Source of the DNA: Candidatus Latescibacterota bacterium
Lineage (GTDB): Bacteria; Latescibacterota; UBA2968; UBA8231
Assembly: GCA_965242865.1 (NCBI GenBank)
Contig: CBDETK010000013.1
Span: 3,936,001-4,000,000 of the forward strand
Direction: 5' to 3'
DNA: 64,000 nt
The translations under genes were made by a program, and so were the position numbers. Below the pieces are notes generated by a model. That model saw nothing but the letters and a program-made list of their open reading frames with translations. It searched no databases and was not told the origin of the DNA. Numbering within the stretch: position 1 is the first letter of the stretch; each line of letters starts with the position of its first letter. Below, in pieces: positions 1-10,182 of the stretch.

Positions 1-1240
1 GGTCGAAAAGGCCGGGATCGTCGGCGCCGATGGCCAAGCGGACCTCCGAGGCGAGGAAGCGATGCACCGGGTGGTCCTTGGCCGCGGGCACACCGCCGAT
101 GCGCAAGTTGGAGGTCGGGCAGGTTTCGACGACGGTGCCGAGCGCGGCCAAGCGGCTGAGCGCGAAGTCCTGCCGTCGGCGCACCGCTTTGAGGCGCGGG
201 GGATCATATCCTCGACAGACGAGCGCGTCGCCGGGCCGGGCCGCGAGGCGGCTGCGTTCCTGCATCAGGGCTTGGTCGTCCACCGGGACGCCAAATTCTT
301 CCAATCCGTTCTTGTGGTGCAAATCGTAGGCGATCTGGGCCAAGCGTTCGCTGACCCGCTCACATTCGTGGGCTTGGGGCCGGCGGGCTATGGCAACCTC
401 CGGGTCGAGCCCGAGCGCGGTACAGTGCCCCAAGCGAAGCGCGCCCAGTTCAGCCGCTTCGTGGCACCAGCGCACCGCGCTTTCGAGCGATTTGTCGAAG
501 TACACCTCGCCGACGTGATAGGCCACATCGAGGGCGCGCTCCGGGTGCAGCTCGTTGTCGCGGCGCAGGCGGCGGAAGAAGGCGCGGGTGCTCGCAGGCG
601 GGTAGCCCTCCTCAAAGTGGCAGAAGTCGAGGCCGACGACCGTGGGGATTAAGTCCTCGTTTTCGTGGAGTAGGCGGCGGACCAATCGGTAGCATTCGAG
701 CGGTGCCCAGCGCGGCAGGCCGATGAGGTAACGCGCCTCAAAGCCCGGGTCCGAGGCTCGTTGCAAGAAGCGGGCGACGAGTTGGTGAAACTGCGCGAAG
801 GCTTCGGGCTGGGTGTGGTCGTACGGGGCCATGACGCGATATTCGACGTAGCGCAGCCCTTCGCGGCGGTGATGGGCCAAGACGCGCCGCCAGATTTCTT
901 CCACCTTGTCTAGCCCCTTCCACCAGTAGCGATAGATGCAGATGGCCAGGTTGAACTTGGCTTGGAAACGAGCGAAGTCGCCGCCGTCTTCCGCCCCGTA
1001 CACGTAGTGCGCCGCAATGGGATCGAGGCACTGCCGGTGGAGGGCCTCGCGGAAGAGCGCGACCGGGTCGGGCCGCTTGCCATAGGCGCGTTCAAAGCTA
1101 TCGACGAAGAGCGACCAATCAATTTTCTCGTAGTAAGCGCGGCCCAAGTCGAGGAGATCGGCGGCAAAGAGGCCGCCGTAGAGGTGGACGTGCAGCTCGC
1201 AGGTCTTGGCCGCTTGGAGGGGGGGTTGGTTGTCGGTCAC
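1..1240 (-). CDS. Adenosine deaminase-family metallohydrolase, 3' end runs off the window
   Basis: Not in the ORF track (no stop in window). Manual translation from GTG 1240: ELHVHLYG, YHVGE, RLGH, ETCPTSN and GADDPGLF, the ADA/AMP-deaminase motifs. Starts 3 nt after the AKR stop. Confidence 0.85.
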   Translation of the reverse strand, partial: MTDNQPPLQAAKTCELHVHLYGGLFAADLLDLGRAYYEKIDWSLFVDSFERAYGKRPDPVALFREALHRQCLDPIAAHYVYGAEDGGDFARFQAKFNLAICIYRYWWKGLDKVEEIWRRVLAHHRREGLRYVEYRVMAPYDHTQPEAFAQFHQLVARFLQRASDPGFEARYLIGLPRWAPLECYRLVRRLLHENEDLIPTVVGLDFCHFEEGYPPASTRAFFRRLRRDNELHPERALDVAYHVGEVYFDKSLESAVRWCHEAAELGALRLGHCTALGLDPEVAIARRPQAHECERVSERLAQIAYDLHHKNGLEEFGVPVDDQALMQERSRLAARPGDALVCRGYDPPRLKAVRRRQDFALSRLAALGTVVETCPTSNLRIGGVPAAKDHPVHRFLASEVRLAIGADDPGLFD

Positions 1241-1243
1241 CCG

Positions 1244-2260
1244 TCACTCCAGCGCGGGCATATCGACCGCGTCGTCGCGGCGCTCGTGCATGTTCGCCTC
1301 CATGGCCTCTGGGTAGCGATGCGGGAGGTGGGAGACTGCGTCGAGCCGGGCGCGTGCATCGCTTGGGAGGCAAAAGCTGCCGGCGAGCATGTTGTCGCGG
1401 GCCTGCTCCACGGTGCGTGCGCCGATGATGACCGAAGTGATGGCCGGCTGTTCCAACACCCAACGCAGGGCCACTTGCGCCGGCGAGCGGCCCATTTCGT
1501 CGGCTACTGCTAGGAGCGTCTCTAAGGTCTCGTCGGCATTGGCGGCAAAATAGCTTTGCGGGTAGGCCCAAGCGTCGGCCGACCGCGTACCGGCCAAGGT
1601 GCGCTCGCCGGGCTTGTACTTGCCCGAGAGAAAGCCGCCGCCGAGCGGACTCCACACCACCACGCCCAGCCCCTTGAGCTGACAGACGGGAATCAACTCC
1701 TGCTCGATGTCGCGCACGACCAAGCTGTATTGCGGTTGGTAGCACTCAAAGCGCGCCCAGCCATTCGCGTCTGCAATCCACAACGCCTCCATCAGACGCC
1801 ACGCTTGATAGTTGGAACAAGCGATGTAGCGCACCTTGCCTTGGCGGACCAAATCGTCAAGGGCGCGTAGCATCTCCTCCAAAGGGGTTTGGGTATCCAC
1901 GTGGTGGATGTAATAGAGGTCGATGTAATCGGTCTGGAGGTGCTGGAGGCTGTCTTCGATGGCGTTCATAATGCGCCCCCGCGACATTCCCGAATCGTTG
2001 GGGCCAGGCCCCATGGGGTTGAAGAACTTGGTGGCGATGACCGCATCGCGGCGGCGGCTCTTGAGTGCCTTGCCGGTAAAGACCTCGGACTCGCCGCCGC
2101 CGTAGGAATCGGCCGTGTCGAAGAAATTGATGCCCGCGTCAAACGCCCGATCGACGATCCGCTCGGCTTCTCGCTCGTCGGTGCTGTGGCCAAAGGTCAT
2201 GGTGCCGAGGCAAACTTCCGATACTTTGAGGCCAGTGCGGCCCATTCTGCGGTATTCCAT
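1244..2260 (-). CDS. Aldo/keto reductase
   Basis: GLKVSEVCLGTMTFG, FFDTADSY, IATK, IDLYYIH, WSPLGGG. Confidence 0.95.
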   Translation of the reverse strand: MEYRRMGRTGLKVSEVCLGTMTFGHSTDEREAERIVDRAFDAGINFFDTADSYGGGESEVFTGKALKSRRRDAVIATKFFNPMGPGPNDSGMSRGRIMNAIEDSLQHLQTDYIDLYYIHHVDTQTPLEEMLRALDDLVRQGKVRYIACSNYQAWRLMEALWIADANGWARFECYQPQYSLVVRDIEQELIPVCQLKGLGVVVWSPLGGGFLSGKYKPGERTLAGTRSADAWAYPQSYFAANADETLETLLAVADEMGRSPAQVALRWVLEQPAITSVIIGARTVEQARDNMLAGSFCLPSDARARLDAVSHLPHRYPEAMEANMHERRDDAVDMPALE

Positions 2261-2329
2261 CGGTACTCCTCGTCTATTGAATGCGAGTGAATGTAAATGG
2301 TTTGGAGAGAATGTGCATGAGCAGGACCG

Positions 2330-2478
2330 GGGCGAGCGTGGAATTCGAGCGGCTGGCGCGAGCGCAGGGATACGAGGGGTTTGTGTCGTTGGAGTTGTTT
2401 AATCCGGGGCTGTGGGCGCAAGATCCGGCGGCCGTCGCCCGGATTGGCTTGGAGAAGATGCGGGCGTATTTCGCCTAA
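2330..2478 (+). pseudogene. 3' remnant of a sugar-phosphate isomerase/epimerase (IolI-like TIM barrel)
   Basis: GYEGFVSLELFNPGLWAQDP..ARIGLEKMR resembles the C-terminus of this family; the rest of the gene is absent. Left boundary approximate. Confidence 0.65.
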
Positions 2479-2978
2479 AGCCCCAGAATCTCGCGCGTCT
2501 TTTGCGGCAGGGTCCGCCAGTTGGCAATCAAATAGCGGTTGCCATCGACGTCCTCGATGACGGCTCGGTTGCCGGAGAGCATGCGTACGTTGGTGCGGTA
2601 ACTGCGGATTTCGAGTTGGCGAGGGCCGCTGGTGGTTTCGATCTGGCCGCGCAGCACGCCGAACTCTTCGTCGAGGCTATTAAAGGCCAAGACCTGCGGC
2701 TGAAAGTACACCTTGGCGAGTTCGTCTAGCAGCACTTGGCGGCTTTGGGCGTCGAGTTGCTGGGGGTCTTCAATGAGGCCGAGCTCTTGGTCTTCGGCGG
2801 CAAAGACGCCGATATAGCGGTCGGACTCTTCTAAGGGGAAGGCGCGGCGGACCTTGAGGTCCGTGTGCTCCTCGTCGCCGAGCTGGAGGATCAAGCTGCC
2901 GCGCTTGGACCGGCTAAAGCGCGTCTGTTGCGGGTCGAGCAGAAAATCTCCGTACGAATAACCGCGGGTCTTGCTCAT
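2475..2978 (-). CDS. DUF1854 domain protein
   Basis: VRRAFPL, ELGLI, IEDVDGNRY; overlaps the ABC transporter stop, the usual DUF1854 context. Confidence 0.8.
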   Translation of the reverse strand: MSKTRGYSYGDFLLDPQQTRFSRSKRGSLILQLGDEEHTDLKVRRAFPLEESDRYIGVFAAEDQELGLIEDPQQLDAQSRQVLLDELAKVYFQPQVLAFNSLDEEFGVLRGQIETTSGPRQLEIRSYRTNVRMLSGNRAVIEDVDGNRYLIANWRTLPQKTREILGL

Positions 2979-5266
2979 AACGCCCGCACTTTCGCCATTT
3001 CGGTTTGCATATTGACCAGCCGGCGATAGACGCCGTCCTCCATGTTGAGCAACTCTTCGTGGGTGCCGACTTCGGCGATGCGCCCCCTTTCCAACACCAG
3101 CAGGCGCTCGGCGTTTTTGAGCGTCGAAAGCCGATGGGCGATGGCAAAGGTGGTGCGACCGGCCACCAACCGCTCGAGCGCTTCTTGAATCTCGTATTCG
3201 GTCTGGGTATCGACCGAGGCGGTGGCCTCGTCGAGGATCAGGATGCGCGGGTTGCCGATTAGGGCGCGGGCAATGGAAATGCGCTGGCGCTCGCCGCCGG
3301 ATAGACGCCCGCCGCGCTCGCCAACTTGGGTGTCGTAGCCATCGGGAAAATTCATGATGAACTTGTGGGCGTTGGCCGCGCGGGCCGCCTCAATGACCGC
3401 TGGGCGCGTCGCCTCGGGATGGCCGTAGGCGATGTTGCTGGCGATGGAGCCTTGAAAGAGCAAAGGCTCTTGCAACACCACGCCGATTTGGCTGCGCAGC
3501 GCCTGCTGTTTGAGCCGAGTAATGGGGTGGCCGTCAATGCGGATTTGGCCATCCGTGGCGTCGTAGAACCGCGAAATGAGGTTGACCAACGTGGACTTGC
3601 CGGCGCCGCTGGGGCCGACGATGCCGATCATCTCGCCGGGCTTGGCCCTAAAGTGGATGCGATCGAGGATGCGAGCCGAGCCGTCGTATGTGAAGCTGAC
3701 GTTGCGGAACTCGACCTCGCCGGTCAGCGGGCCGGGGTCCACGGCGTCCGCGTCGTCTTGGACTTCGGGTTCGGTGTCGATGATTTCAAAGACGCGCTCG
3801 GCCGTAGTCGCCGCGGTCTCTAGCTGCTCGGTGAGGTTGCACAGCGAGCGCACGGGGGCGTAGAACATGACCATGTACGAGATAAAGGCCTGCAAGTCGC
3901 CCAAAGTCAGCGCGTTGTTGAGCACCCGATTGCCGCCAAACCACCACAGGATGATCGAGCCGACCGAAGTGATAAAGGCGATCGTCGGAATGTAATAGGA
4001 GCGCATTTTGAAGGCGGTCATCTGCGACTCGCGCAGGTCGGTATTGCGCTCGTTGAAGCGGTCGAGCTCGCGGTTTTCTTGGGCAAAGGCTTTGACGACC
4101 TTGACGCCCGGGATGGTGTCGGCGAGCATGGCGTTGAGCGTGGAAATGCGACGCCATATCCGATGAAAAACCCAGTGGATGCGGGTGCGGTAGATGATGG
4201 TGCCGATGATCATGAAGGGGATTGGCAGCAGCGACAAAAGGGCCAATTCCCAATTCATTACAAACAGCATGGTGCAGATGCCGACGATGGTCAGCCCGTC
4301 GATGACGATGTCTTGGAACCCCGAGGTGATAAAGCTCCGCATGCGCTCGGTGTCGCTGGTGACTCGGGTCATGATCCGACCGGTGCTGAACTTGTTGTAG
4401 AACGTCAGCGACAGCCATTGCAAGTGTTGGAAAATTTGCATCTGCAAATCGTACACCACGCGCTGGCCGAGCCACCCTAAGGCGTACATTCGCACGCCGC
4501 TGATAATGCCGCGCCCGATGTAAATGCCGAGCAAGCCGAGTACGACCCACAAGAGGTATTGGACGCTCGCGGCTGGGGGCGTGGCCACCGCGCCCTCGGC
4601 TAGGCCCTCGGCCTCGTATTTGACGAGCACCGGGACGATGACGTCGTCGATGAGGATGCGGTTGAGCTGGGGCGGCAGCAGGCCAATGGCCGTCAGCACA
4701 ATCGTCAACGTAAACCCGAGCAGGGCTTGGGTTTTATAGGGCTTGATATAGGAAAACAACCGCCAAAAGGTCTCGGTCTGGCGCAGGCAGTTGGGGCAGA
4801 CTTTGGAGCCGGAGCGGAGGGCGCGTCCACAGGTGGAGCAGTGCTCTACTACTTGGACCGGATCGACGTGCAGCGGCCCACCCTCTTCGGCCGCGTCTTC
4901 CTCAACGAGGCCCGCGCCCTCGATGGCTTGGGGCACGCCGGAAAATTTGTAGTACGCACTCTGCGAAAAGCGCAGCAGCTCGACGGTTTCGTCCTCTAGC
5001 TCGACCACGAGCGCGCCGCTGCCCACAAAGTTGCGGGTCTGGATGCCCTGCACTTCGTCCAAGCCGAGCCGCACGGTCTCGGGTTTGTCCGTGCCATTGG
5101 GGTGAAAGACGAGGATGCGCTCGTCGGTAAGCGCAAACCAAGAGTCGCCGTACTGGCCGTCCGGGCGAATGTCGGCGGCGAGGAGGACGATGAGCAACTC
5201 GCCGGGTTGCAATTCGTCGCGGATGTGCGGCAATAGGCGTTCGGGTATAGGTTCGACTAGGTCCAA
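2975..5266 (-). CDS. ABC exporter (fused TM + ATPase) with N-terminal extension and CxxC..CxxC ribbon
   Basis: GPSGAGKST, LSGGERQR, ILDEAT, AHRLST; TM block; CSTC...CPNC. Confidence 0.93.
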   Translation of the reverse strand: MDLVEPIPERLLPHIRDELQPGELLIVLLAADIRPDGQYGDSWFALTDERILVFHPNGTDKPETVRLGLDEVQGIQTRNFVGSGALVVELEDETVELLRFSQSAYYKFSGVPQAIEGAGLVEEDAAEEGGPLHVDPVQVVEHCSTCGRALRSGSKVCPNCLRQTETFWRLFSYIKPYKTQALLGFTLTIVLTAIGLLPPQLNRILIDDVIVPVLVKYEAEGLAEGAVATPPAASVQYLLWVVLGLLGIYIGRGIISGVRMYALGWLGQRVVYDLQMQIFQHLQWLSLTFYNKFSTGRIMTRVTSDTERMRSFITSGFQDIVIDGLTIVGICTMLFVMNWELALLSLLPIPFMIIGTIIYRTRIHWVFHRIWRRISTLNAMLADTIPGVKVVKAFAQENRELDRFNERNTDLRESQMTAFKMRSYYIPTIAFITSVGSIILWWFGGNRVLNNALTLGDLQAFISYMVMFYAPVRSLCNLTEQLETAATTAERVFEIIDTEPEVQDDADAVDPGPLTGEVEFRNVSFTYDGSARILDRIHFRAKPGEMIGIVGPSGAGKSTLVNLISRFYDATDGQIRIDGHPITRLKQQALRSQIGVVLQEPLLFQGSIASNIAYGHPEATRPAVIEAARAANAHKFIMNFPDGYDTQVGERGGRLSGGERQRISIARALIGNPRILILDEATASVDTQTEYEIQEALERLVAGRTTFAIAHRLSTLKNAERLLVLERGRIAEVGTHEELLNMEDGVYRRLVNMQTEMAKVRAL

Positions 5267-5493
5267 AACGGCCCTATCCTATTGTTTGAACTGCGATTTA
5301 TTGGGGAGATGGAGGCTCCGAAGGGGGCGGGAAGTCTAGCCCAAAGTTAAGGGTTTTTGGCAAAAGGGCAAACTCGCTGCGGCCCAATCCAGTGGAACCA
5401 AAATGCGTTTGCCCAATGGGTGTTTAATGGTTGTATTGACAGCCAACACAAGCGGCTTACTGCCCTCGCCTTCCCACGGATCGAGAGCATCTT

Positions 5494-5543
5494 GCCCTCG
5501 ACGAGGGCGGGGACGCCCTCGACGAGGGCGGGGACGCCCTCGA
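5494..5543. repeat. REP-like palindromic tandem repeat, 21-bp unit GCCCTCGACGAGGGCGGGGAC (about 2.4 copies)
   Basis: Read directly; internal palindrome GCCCTCG-A-CGAGGGC. Confidence 0.75.
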
Positions 5544-5597
5544 TCCCGGACGCAGTGGCAACGCCCGAGAAGGCATACTTAGCACGAGAGGAAAACC

Positions 5598-6605
5598 ATG
5601 GCTATTAGCCGAGAGAACCTGAAAGAACGGTTGGCCGCCTTGCCGCGGTTGCCGCTAGCGGCCCTGCCCACGCCCTTGGAAGCGTTGACGCGCCTCAGCA
5701 CCCACCTAGGCGGCCTCCAGCTTTGGGTCAAGCGCGACGATTTGACCGGCTTGGCCTTTGGCGGCAACAAGATCCGCGAGTTTGAATACCAGATCGCCCA
5801 AGCCGTAGAGCAGGGCTGCGACGTGCTGGTACACTCGGCGGCCGCCCAGTCGAATCAATCGCGGCAGACAGCGGCCGTGGCCGCAAAATTGGGGCTGTCT
5901 GCGGTGATCGTCGGCCGCGACGACGCCCACGCCCAACCGCAGGGGAACCTGCTGTTGACCCACCTCTTTGGCGCGGAGGTGGACCTGCCCGCACCCGAGG
6001 CGCAGGCGCGGGCTGTGGCCGCAAAACTGGCCGCGCTGACAGCGGCTGGCCATCGCCCCTTCCACACCAGCTCGGACGCGCGCATCTTCCGCAGTGTCGC
6101 GTACGTCGATGGGGCGTTGGAGCTCTTGGCCCAATGCGAGCGACAGGGGGTTGAGCCGGCGGCGATTTACCTGTGCTCTGGGGCGCATACCCACGTGGGG
6201 TTGGTGGTGGCGTTTAAGGCGCTGGGCTTGGATATGCGGGTGGTGGGCGTCAGTCCCTCGCCGCGCGACGATCGGCAGGCGGCGAGGGAGCATCTCGCGC
6301 TGGGGCGGGAATGCGCCCAAGTCCTAGGGCTAGACCTTTCGCTGAAGGTGGAGGATTTTGAAAGTTATGCCGCGTTTGCCGGTCCGGCTTACGGCGTCGT
6401 AACCGCCGAGAGTCGCCAAGCACTGCACTTAGTGGCGCAGCAGGAAGGGCTGGTGCTCGATCCGTCTTATACCAGCAAGGCCATGGCCGGGCTGTTGGCG
6501 CACGTGCGCGTCGGTTGGTGGCGTCCCGATCAGACCCTCATCTTTCTCCACACCGGCGGCACCCCCGCGCTTTTTGCTTACGCCAAGGATCTCGGCTACC
6601 TTTGA
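5598..6605 (+). CDS. D-cysteine desulfhydrase / ACC deaminase family PLP enzyme
   Basis: PTPLE, KRDDLTGLAFGGNKIR, QSNQ, LDPSYTSKA, FLHTGG. Confidence 0.93.
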   Translation: MAISRENLKERLAALPRLPLAALPTPLEALTRLSTHLGGLQLWVKRDDLTGLAFGGNKIREFEYQIAQAVEQGCDVLVHSAAAQSNQSRQTAAVAAKLGLSAVIVGRDDAHAQPQGNLLLTHLFGAEVDLPAPEAQARAVAAKLAALTAAGHRPFHTSSDARIFRSVAYVDGALELLAQCERQGVEPAAIYLCSGAHTHVGLVVAFKALGLDMRVVGVSPSPRDDRQAAREHLALGRECAQVLGLDLSLKVEDFESYAAFAGPAYGVVTAESRQALHLVAQQEGLVLDPSYTSKAMAGLLAHVRVGWWRPDQTLIFLHTGGTPALFAYAKDLGYL

Positions 6606-6653
6606 ACTCTTGCTCGCCGGCATTGAACTCAACCTCAATTACAAGGACTAAAT

Positions 6654-8855
6654 ATGACTACAACATCAAACGCCAACGGCGACAATCTGCTTTTCAATAT
6701 CAAGGCAGACCGAGACAAAGAGGAAGCCGATAAAAGGGCGAACGAGGCAATCCAAGAATTGCTCAGCCTGATCGATAAGGACCGCAACGTCGGCGACCTC
6801 ATCAGTATGGACTACGACACCGCGGAGGTGCTGATTCACGACAGACTACGACAGGATGTCGGCGGAGTGCCGCATGGGTGTCTGTTGATCGCCACTAGGA
6901 TAAGGCTAGACGCCGATCCCCCCGACCTCAACGATACTCAAACGTCCCTAATTTTGTTGCGCGCCCTGAAGGCAAGTCCCTTGCCCAACGATATAGAGAT
7001 GAAGCATGCTCGCTTGGAAGCGGGCCAGAGAGCAGCCCACACTTCCGACAATTGGGACGAGGGCGGCAAAACAGATCAGTTTACTTTAGACCAGATGCGC
7101 TATGCCGGGGCGCACTGCCGCATCCTAGGTACTTTTCGCATGAATCTCGATGAGGAAACCAAAAAGTGGAATCTTGAATACGGCGGCGACATAGATAATT
7201 TTTACGCCGGCCAAGGAATGAAGGTTTACAAACTCACTGGAGCCGCATTAGAGCGCATCGCCAATTACACCCTGTGGAAAGGAGCGAGCTCTGAGCCTGT
7301 GGAGATCGGCCAGATTCGCTATGCTGCCTCCATACGCAACTCTGAAACCGTGCCTGTCCGTATGGTCGCCGAGGATATTCTGGCTCAGCGAACTGCCCTG
7401 TTCGGCATGACCCGAACCGGCAAGTCCAACACCACTAAAACCATTGCCAGTGCTGTTTTTCGCCTGCGAACCATGAGAGATAGCCAACGGGTTGGCCAGT
7501 TAATTTTCGATCCTAATGGCGAGTATGCCAATGAAAACCCGCAAGACCAAGGTTGCCTCAAAAACATTGGCAATATCGCTCTTGGTTTAACCGAGGATGT
7601 AATCACCTACGGACTCAACCCGCATCCCAATGATGAGGATCGCAAAATCACCAAGTTCAATTTCTTCGGCAATCTCATACCAAACGATGCCAACAAGGCA
7701 GAACTGGACGAGCAGTTACAGAGCCTTTACCAAGGCAAAGAAATTATCAACGAGGTGCTGCGAGAGGAAGGGGCAGGATATATACAGGCTTTTATACAGG
7801 CTGACGTTGCCGCTCCTGAAAATATAGACGAACGCGGACAATCTGTGCGCTATCGGCGTTCCCTATTCGTGTACCGGGCGATCCTTGCCAAAGCTGGTTT
7901 CAGTTCCGCATGGCAAGGAGTACCGACCAAAGGGCTATTCAGCAAGGATATACGCGACAAGATGCGTAAAGACCCAACCCTTGCTCCATACGTTGACGTT
8001 GAGACTTCGGACAGTGGTAAACCGGACAGTGATAAACCTAAACCTAACACTTTGGACAGTGATAAACCTATGACTTGGGATCGCGCCGGACAGTTCTGCG
8101 AGAGTTTCGCCAAATGGGTCAATACAGACCCATTTAAAGAATTTGACAGAGATTATGCTCGCCGAAAGAATGGACGCCGTTGGAGTGACGATCGTCTGCT
8201 TGGATTGCTCAGCATTTTTGAAAATACTAGGGGGTTGCGCCTAATACAGAAGGCCCAGCAGTGGCACGATGTTGATTACAGCACCGATTATGCTAACGAT
8301 ATCGTGAAATACGTGCGCGAGGGTAAGCTCGTAATCGTGGACCAAGCACTAGGCAGTCCGCAGCTAAACGAACAAGCGTCTAAACGCATTATGAGACAGA
8401 TTTTTGGTGCACAGCAGGAAGCCTTCGTCAACCCGGAGCTCGATGAAAGCACTGGCGAATACAAGAAACCCGCTCCGGTCATCATTTACGTAGAAGAAGC
8501 CCATACCTTGCTACCCAAAGGGAACGAAACCGACACGACAAACATCTGGGCGAGAATCGCAAAAGAGGGTGCCAAATTTAACATCGGCTTGGTCTATTCC
8601 ACACAGGAACCGTCCACAATCCAGACCAACATCTTAAAAAACACCGAAAACTGGTTCATCGCACATCTCAACAATACCGATGAAACCCAACAATTGAGCA
8701 AGTACAACGATTTCGCAGACTTCATTCACAGCATAATCAAAGTGAATGAAACCGGCTTCCTACGAGTCCGTACCTTGTCCAGTCCGTACACCTTGCCAGT
8801 GCAAATCAACAAGTTCACGGCTCCGACGGAGACATCAGATGCCATATCAGAATGA
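6654..8855 (+). CDS. herA: HerA-family (DUF87) ATPase/translocase
   Basis: Walker A GMTRTGKS, IFDPNGEY, Walker B IIYVEEAH, RIAKEGAKFNIGLVYSTQEP; HAS-barrel-like N-terminus; RBS AAGGA. Confidence 0.88.
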   Translation: MTTTSNANGDNLLFNIKADRDKEEADKRANEAIQELLSLIDKDRNVGDLISMDYDTAEVLIHDRLRQDVGGVPHGCLLIATRIRLDADPPDLNDTQTSLILLRALKASPLPNDIEMKHARLEAGQRAAHTSDNWDEGGKTDQFTLDQMRYAGAHCRILGTFRMNLDEETKKWNLEYGGDIDNFYAGQGMKVYKLTGAALERIANYTLWKGASSEPVEIGQIRYAASIRNSETVPVRMVAEDILAQRTALFGMTRTGKSNTTKTIASAVFRLRTMRDSQRVGQLIFDPNGEYANENPQDQGCLKNIGNIALGLTEDVITYGLNPHPNDEDRKITKFNFFGNLIPNDANKAELDEQLQSLYQGKEIINEVLREEGAGYIQAFIQADVAAPENIDERGQSVRYRRSLFVYRAILAKAGFSSAWQGVPTKGLFSKDIRDKMRKDPTLAPYVDVETSDSGKPDSDKPKPNTLDSDKPMTWDRAGQFCESFAKWVNTDPFKEFDRDYARRKNGRRWSDDRLLGLLSIFENTRGLRLIQKAQQWHDVDYSTDYANDIVKYVREGKLVIVDQALGSPQLNEQASKRIMRQIFGAQQEAFVNPELDESTGEYKKPAPVIIYVEEAHTLLPKGNETDTTNIWARIAKEGAKFNIGLVYSTQEPSTIQTNILKNTENWFIAHLNNTDETQQLSKYNDFADFIHSIIKVNETGFLRVRTLSSPYTLPVQINKFTAPTETSDAISE

Positions 8856-10182
8856 ATTTGCCAGAAGCGATTCCCTCTGGCGTCTAATAGAAAGCGAAAG
8901 CGTCCGGGAGTTCCAAGGCATAATCAAACAGAGCGAGGGCCAAGAGCTACACGAACTACCAGCCCGGTTGGAACCACAGCGCGGCATCGGTAGCATAAAG
9001 CGAGTGGTCGCCATTGACGGCTCGACAGTAACCCACAAAGTCAAGAACGGCTATCCGGGCGCTGAGGCAGCCCTATTCAACTTGGCCGCCATAGTCATTA
9101 AGCTACAGGCAATACGCGATGTCTCGCGCAATTACATCCCTAGCCCCAGCGAAATGCGGGATATGGAGCAGTGCGAGACATTGAGTGCCGTATTTCCAGG
9201 CCGTAATATCATAAGGGAAGACGAACCGAACGACTCACCCAAACGGTTCTTCCGGGCGACTATCAGCAAGGAATTGGAGGCACGACTGGACCCGAAACAC
9301 GAGACACTGTTAGAAACATTACGTGCCATAACAACAGACCGATCCGGCGAGATAGACTGCCCACTTGACGACTGTCCGCTTGAGGACCAAAATAAGAAAA
9401 TCACGCTAGAGCAGGGCGATGGCACCTGCAATTGCAGGCGAGGCGAGATCATATACGAGACAGATGCTCTAAGAGCACACGAGCGCTTTGAAGAAAACGG
9501 TTCGAGCGAACAGGCTTTTACCGCTGTCCGTCAAGTGATAGAGCACCTTACTCTAGTGAACATCCTGAGATACTTTGAACGATTCGATAGCCTAGGGGTA
9601 TTCCAAGACACAGCATTTATAATGGACGGTCCTCTAGCTCTGTTCGGTATGCCGGCGTGGCTCAAGCATCACATACAGCGAGAAATTGCCCGCCTACATA
9701 AAAAGGTACAAAGGCATGGCGACCCTGGAATTATCCTGATGGGAATAGAGAAGTCGGGGCAGTTTCTAGATCACCTAGGTGAGTTGGACTATAAAGAAAA
9801 GGAAGGACCTCGGCAGCAGTTGCCTAACTGTACCGCATTAGCACCGGATATAGGATACATCCACAAGCATATCGTGCTACGGCCACCGAACGCCAAGCCA
9901 TATGGAGAAGCGACGTACTACGGGCGTAAGGTGCTGTATAAAAATAAAGCCGGGCAGCACTCAGTAGTAATGACGCCAATAGTGGACGACAAGGGACAAG
10001 ATCTGAATTGTGTCGACGAATCTGCTTATCCTAGAATAGGAGAGGCTCTAGATATTATGGACGAGCTTTCCACCCATCTGTACCGGGACGGCTTCGCACC
10101 GCTAGTGCGGGCACATGCTCATGCTGCCATCCCGCTCAAAACCGGCAGCAGAGTTTTAGAGAGGATATTCAGCGAGCAATGA
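8839..10182 (+). CDS. nurA: NurA-family nuclease
   Basis: VVAIDGS, FIMDGPL, GIEKSG and C-terminal AHAHA match NurA catalytic motifs; ATG 8839 after GGAG overlaps the herA end. Confidence 0.82.
   Translation: MPYQNEFARSDSLWRLIESESVREFQGIIKQSEGQELHELPARLEPQRGIGSIKRVVAIDGSTVTHKVKNGYPGAEAALFNLAAIVIKLQAIRDVSRNYIPSPSEMRDMEQCETLSAVFPGRNIIREDEPNDSPKRFFRATISKELEARLDPKHETLLETLRAITTDRSGEIDCPLDDCPLEDQNKKITLEQGDGTCNCRRGEIIYETDALRAHERFEENGSSEQAFTAVRQVIEHLTLVNILRYFERFDSLGVFQDTAFIMDGPLALFGMPAWLKHHIQREIARLHKKVQRHGDPGIILMGIEKSGQFLDHLGELDYKEKEGPRQQLPNCTALAPDIGYIHKHIVLRPPNAKPYGEATYYGRKVLYKNKAGQHSVVMTPIVDDKGQDLNCVDESAYPRIGEALDIMDELSTHLYRDGFAPLVRAHAHAAIPLKTGSRVLERIFSEQ

Noticed and set aside
62-1513. Plus-strand ORFs 62-652 and 962-1513
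   Set aside because: Antisense shadows of the deaminase and AKR genes; the same applies to most overlapping ORFs in this GC-rich track.
5360-5420. c-di-GMP-I riboswitch (GGGCAAAC...GTTTGCCC)
   Set aside because: Lacks the GAAA tetraloop and ACGCAAAG elements; only a simple inverted repeat.
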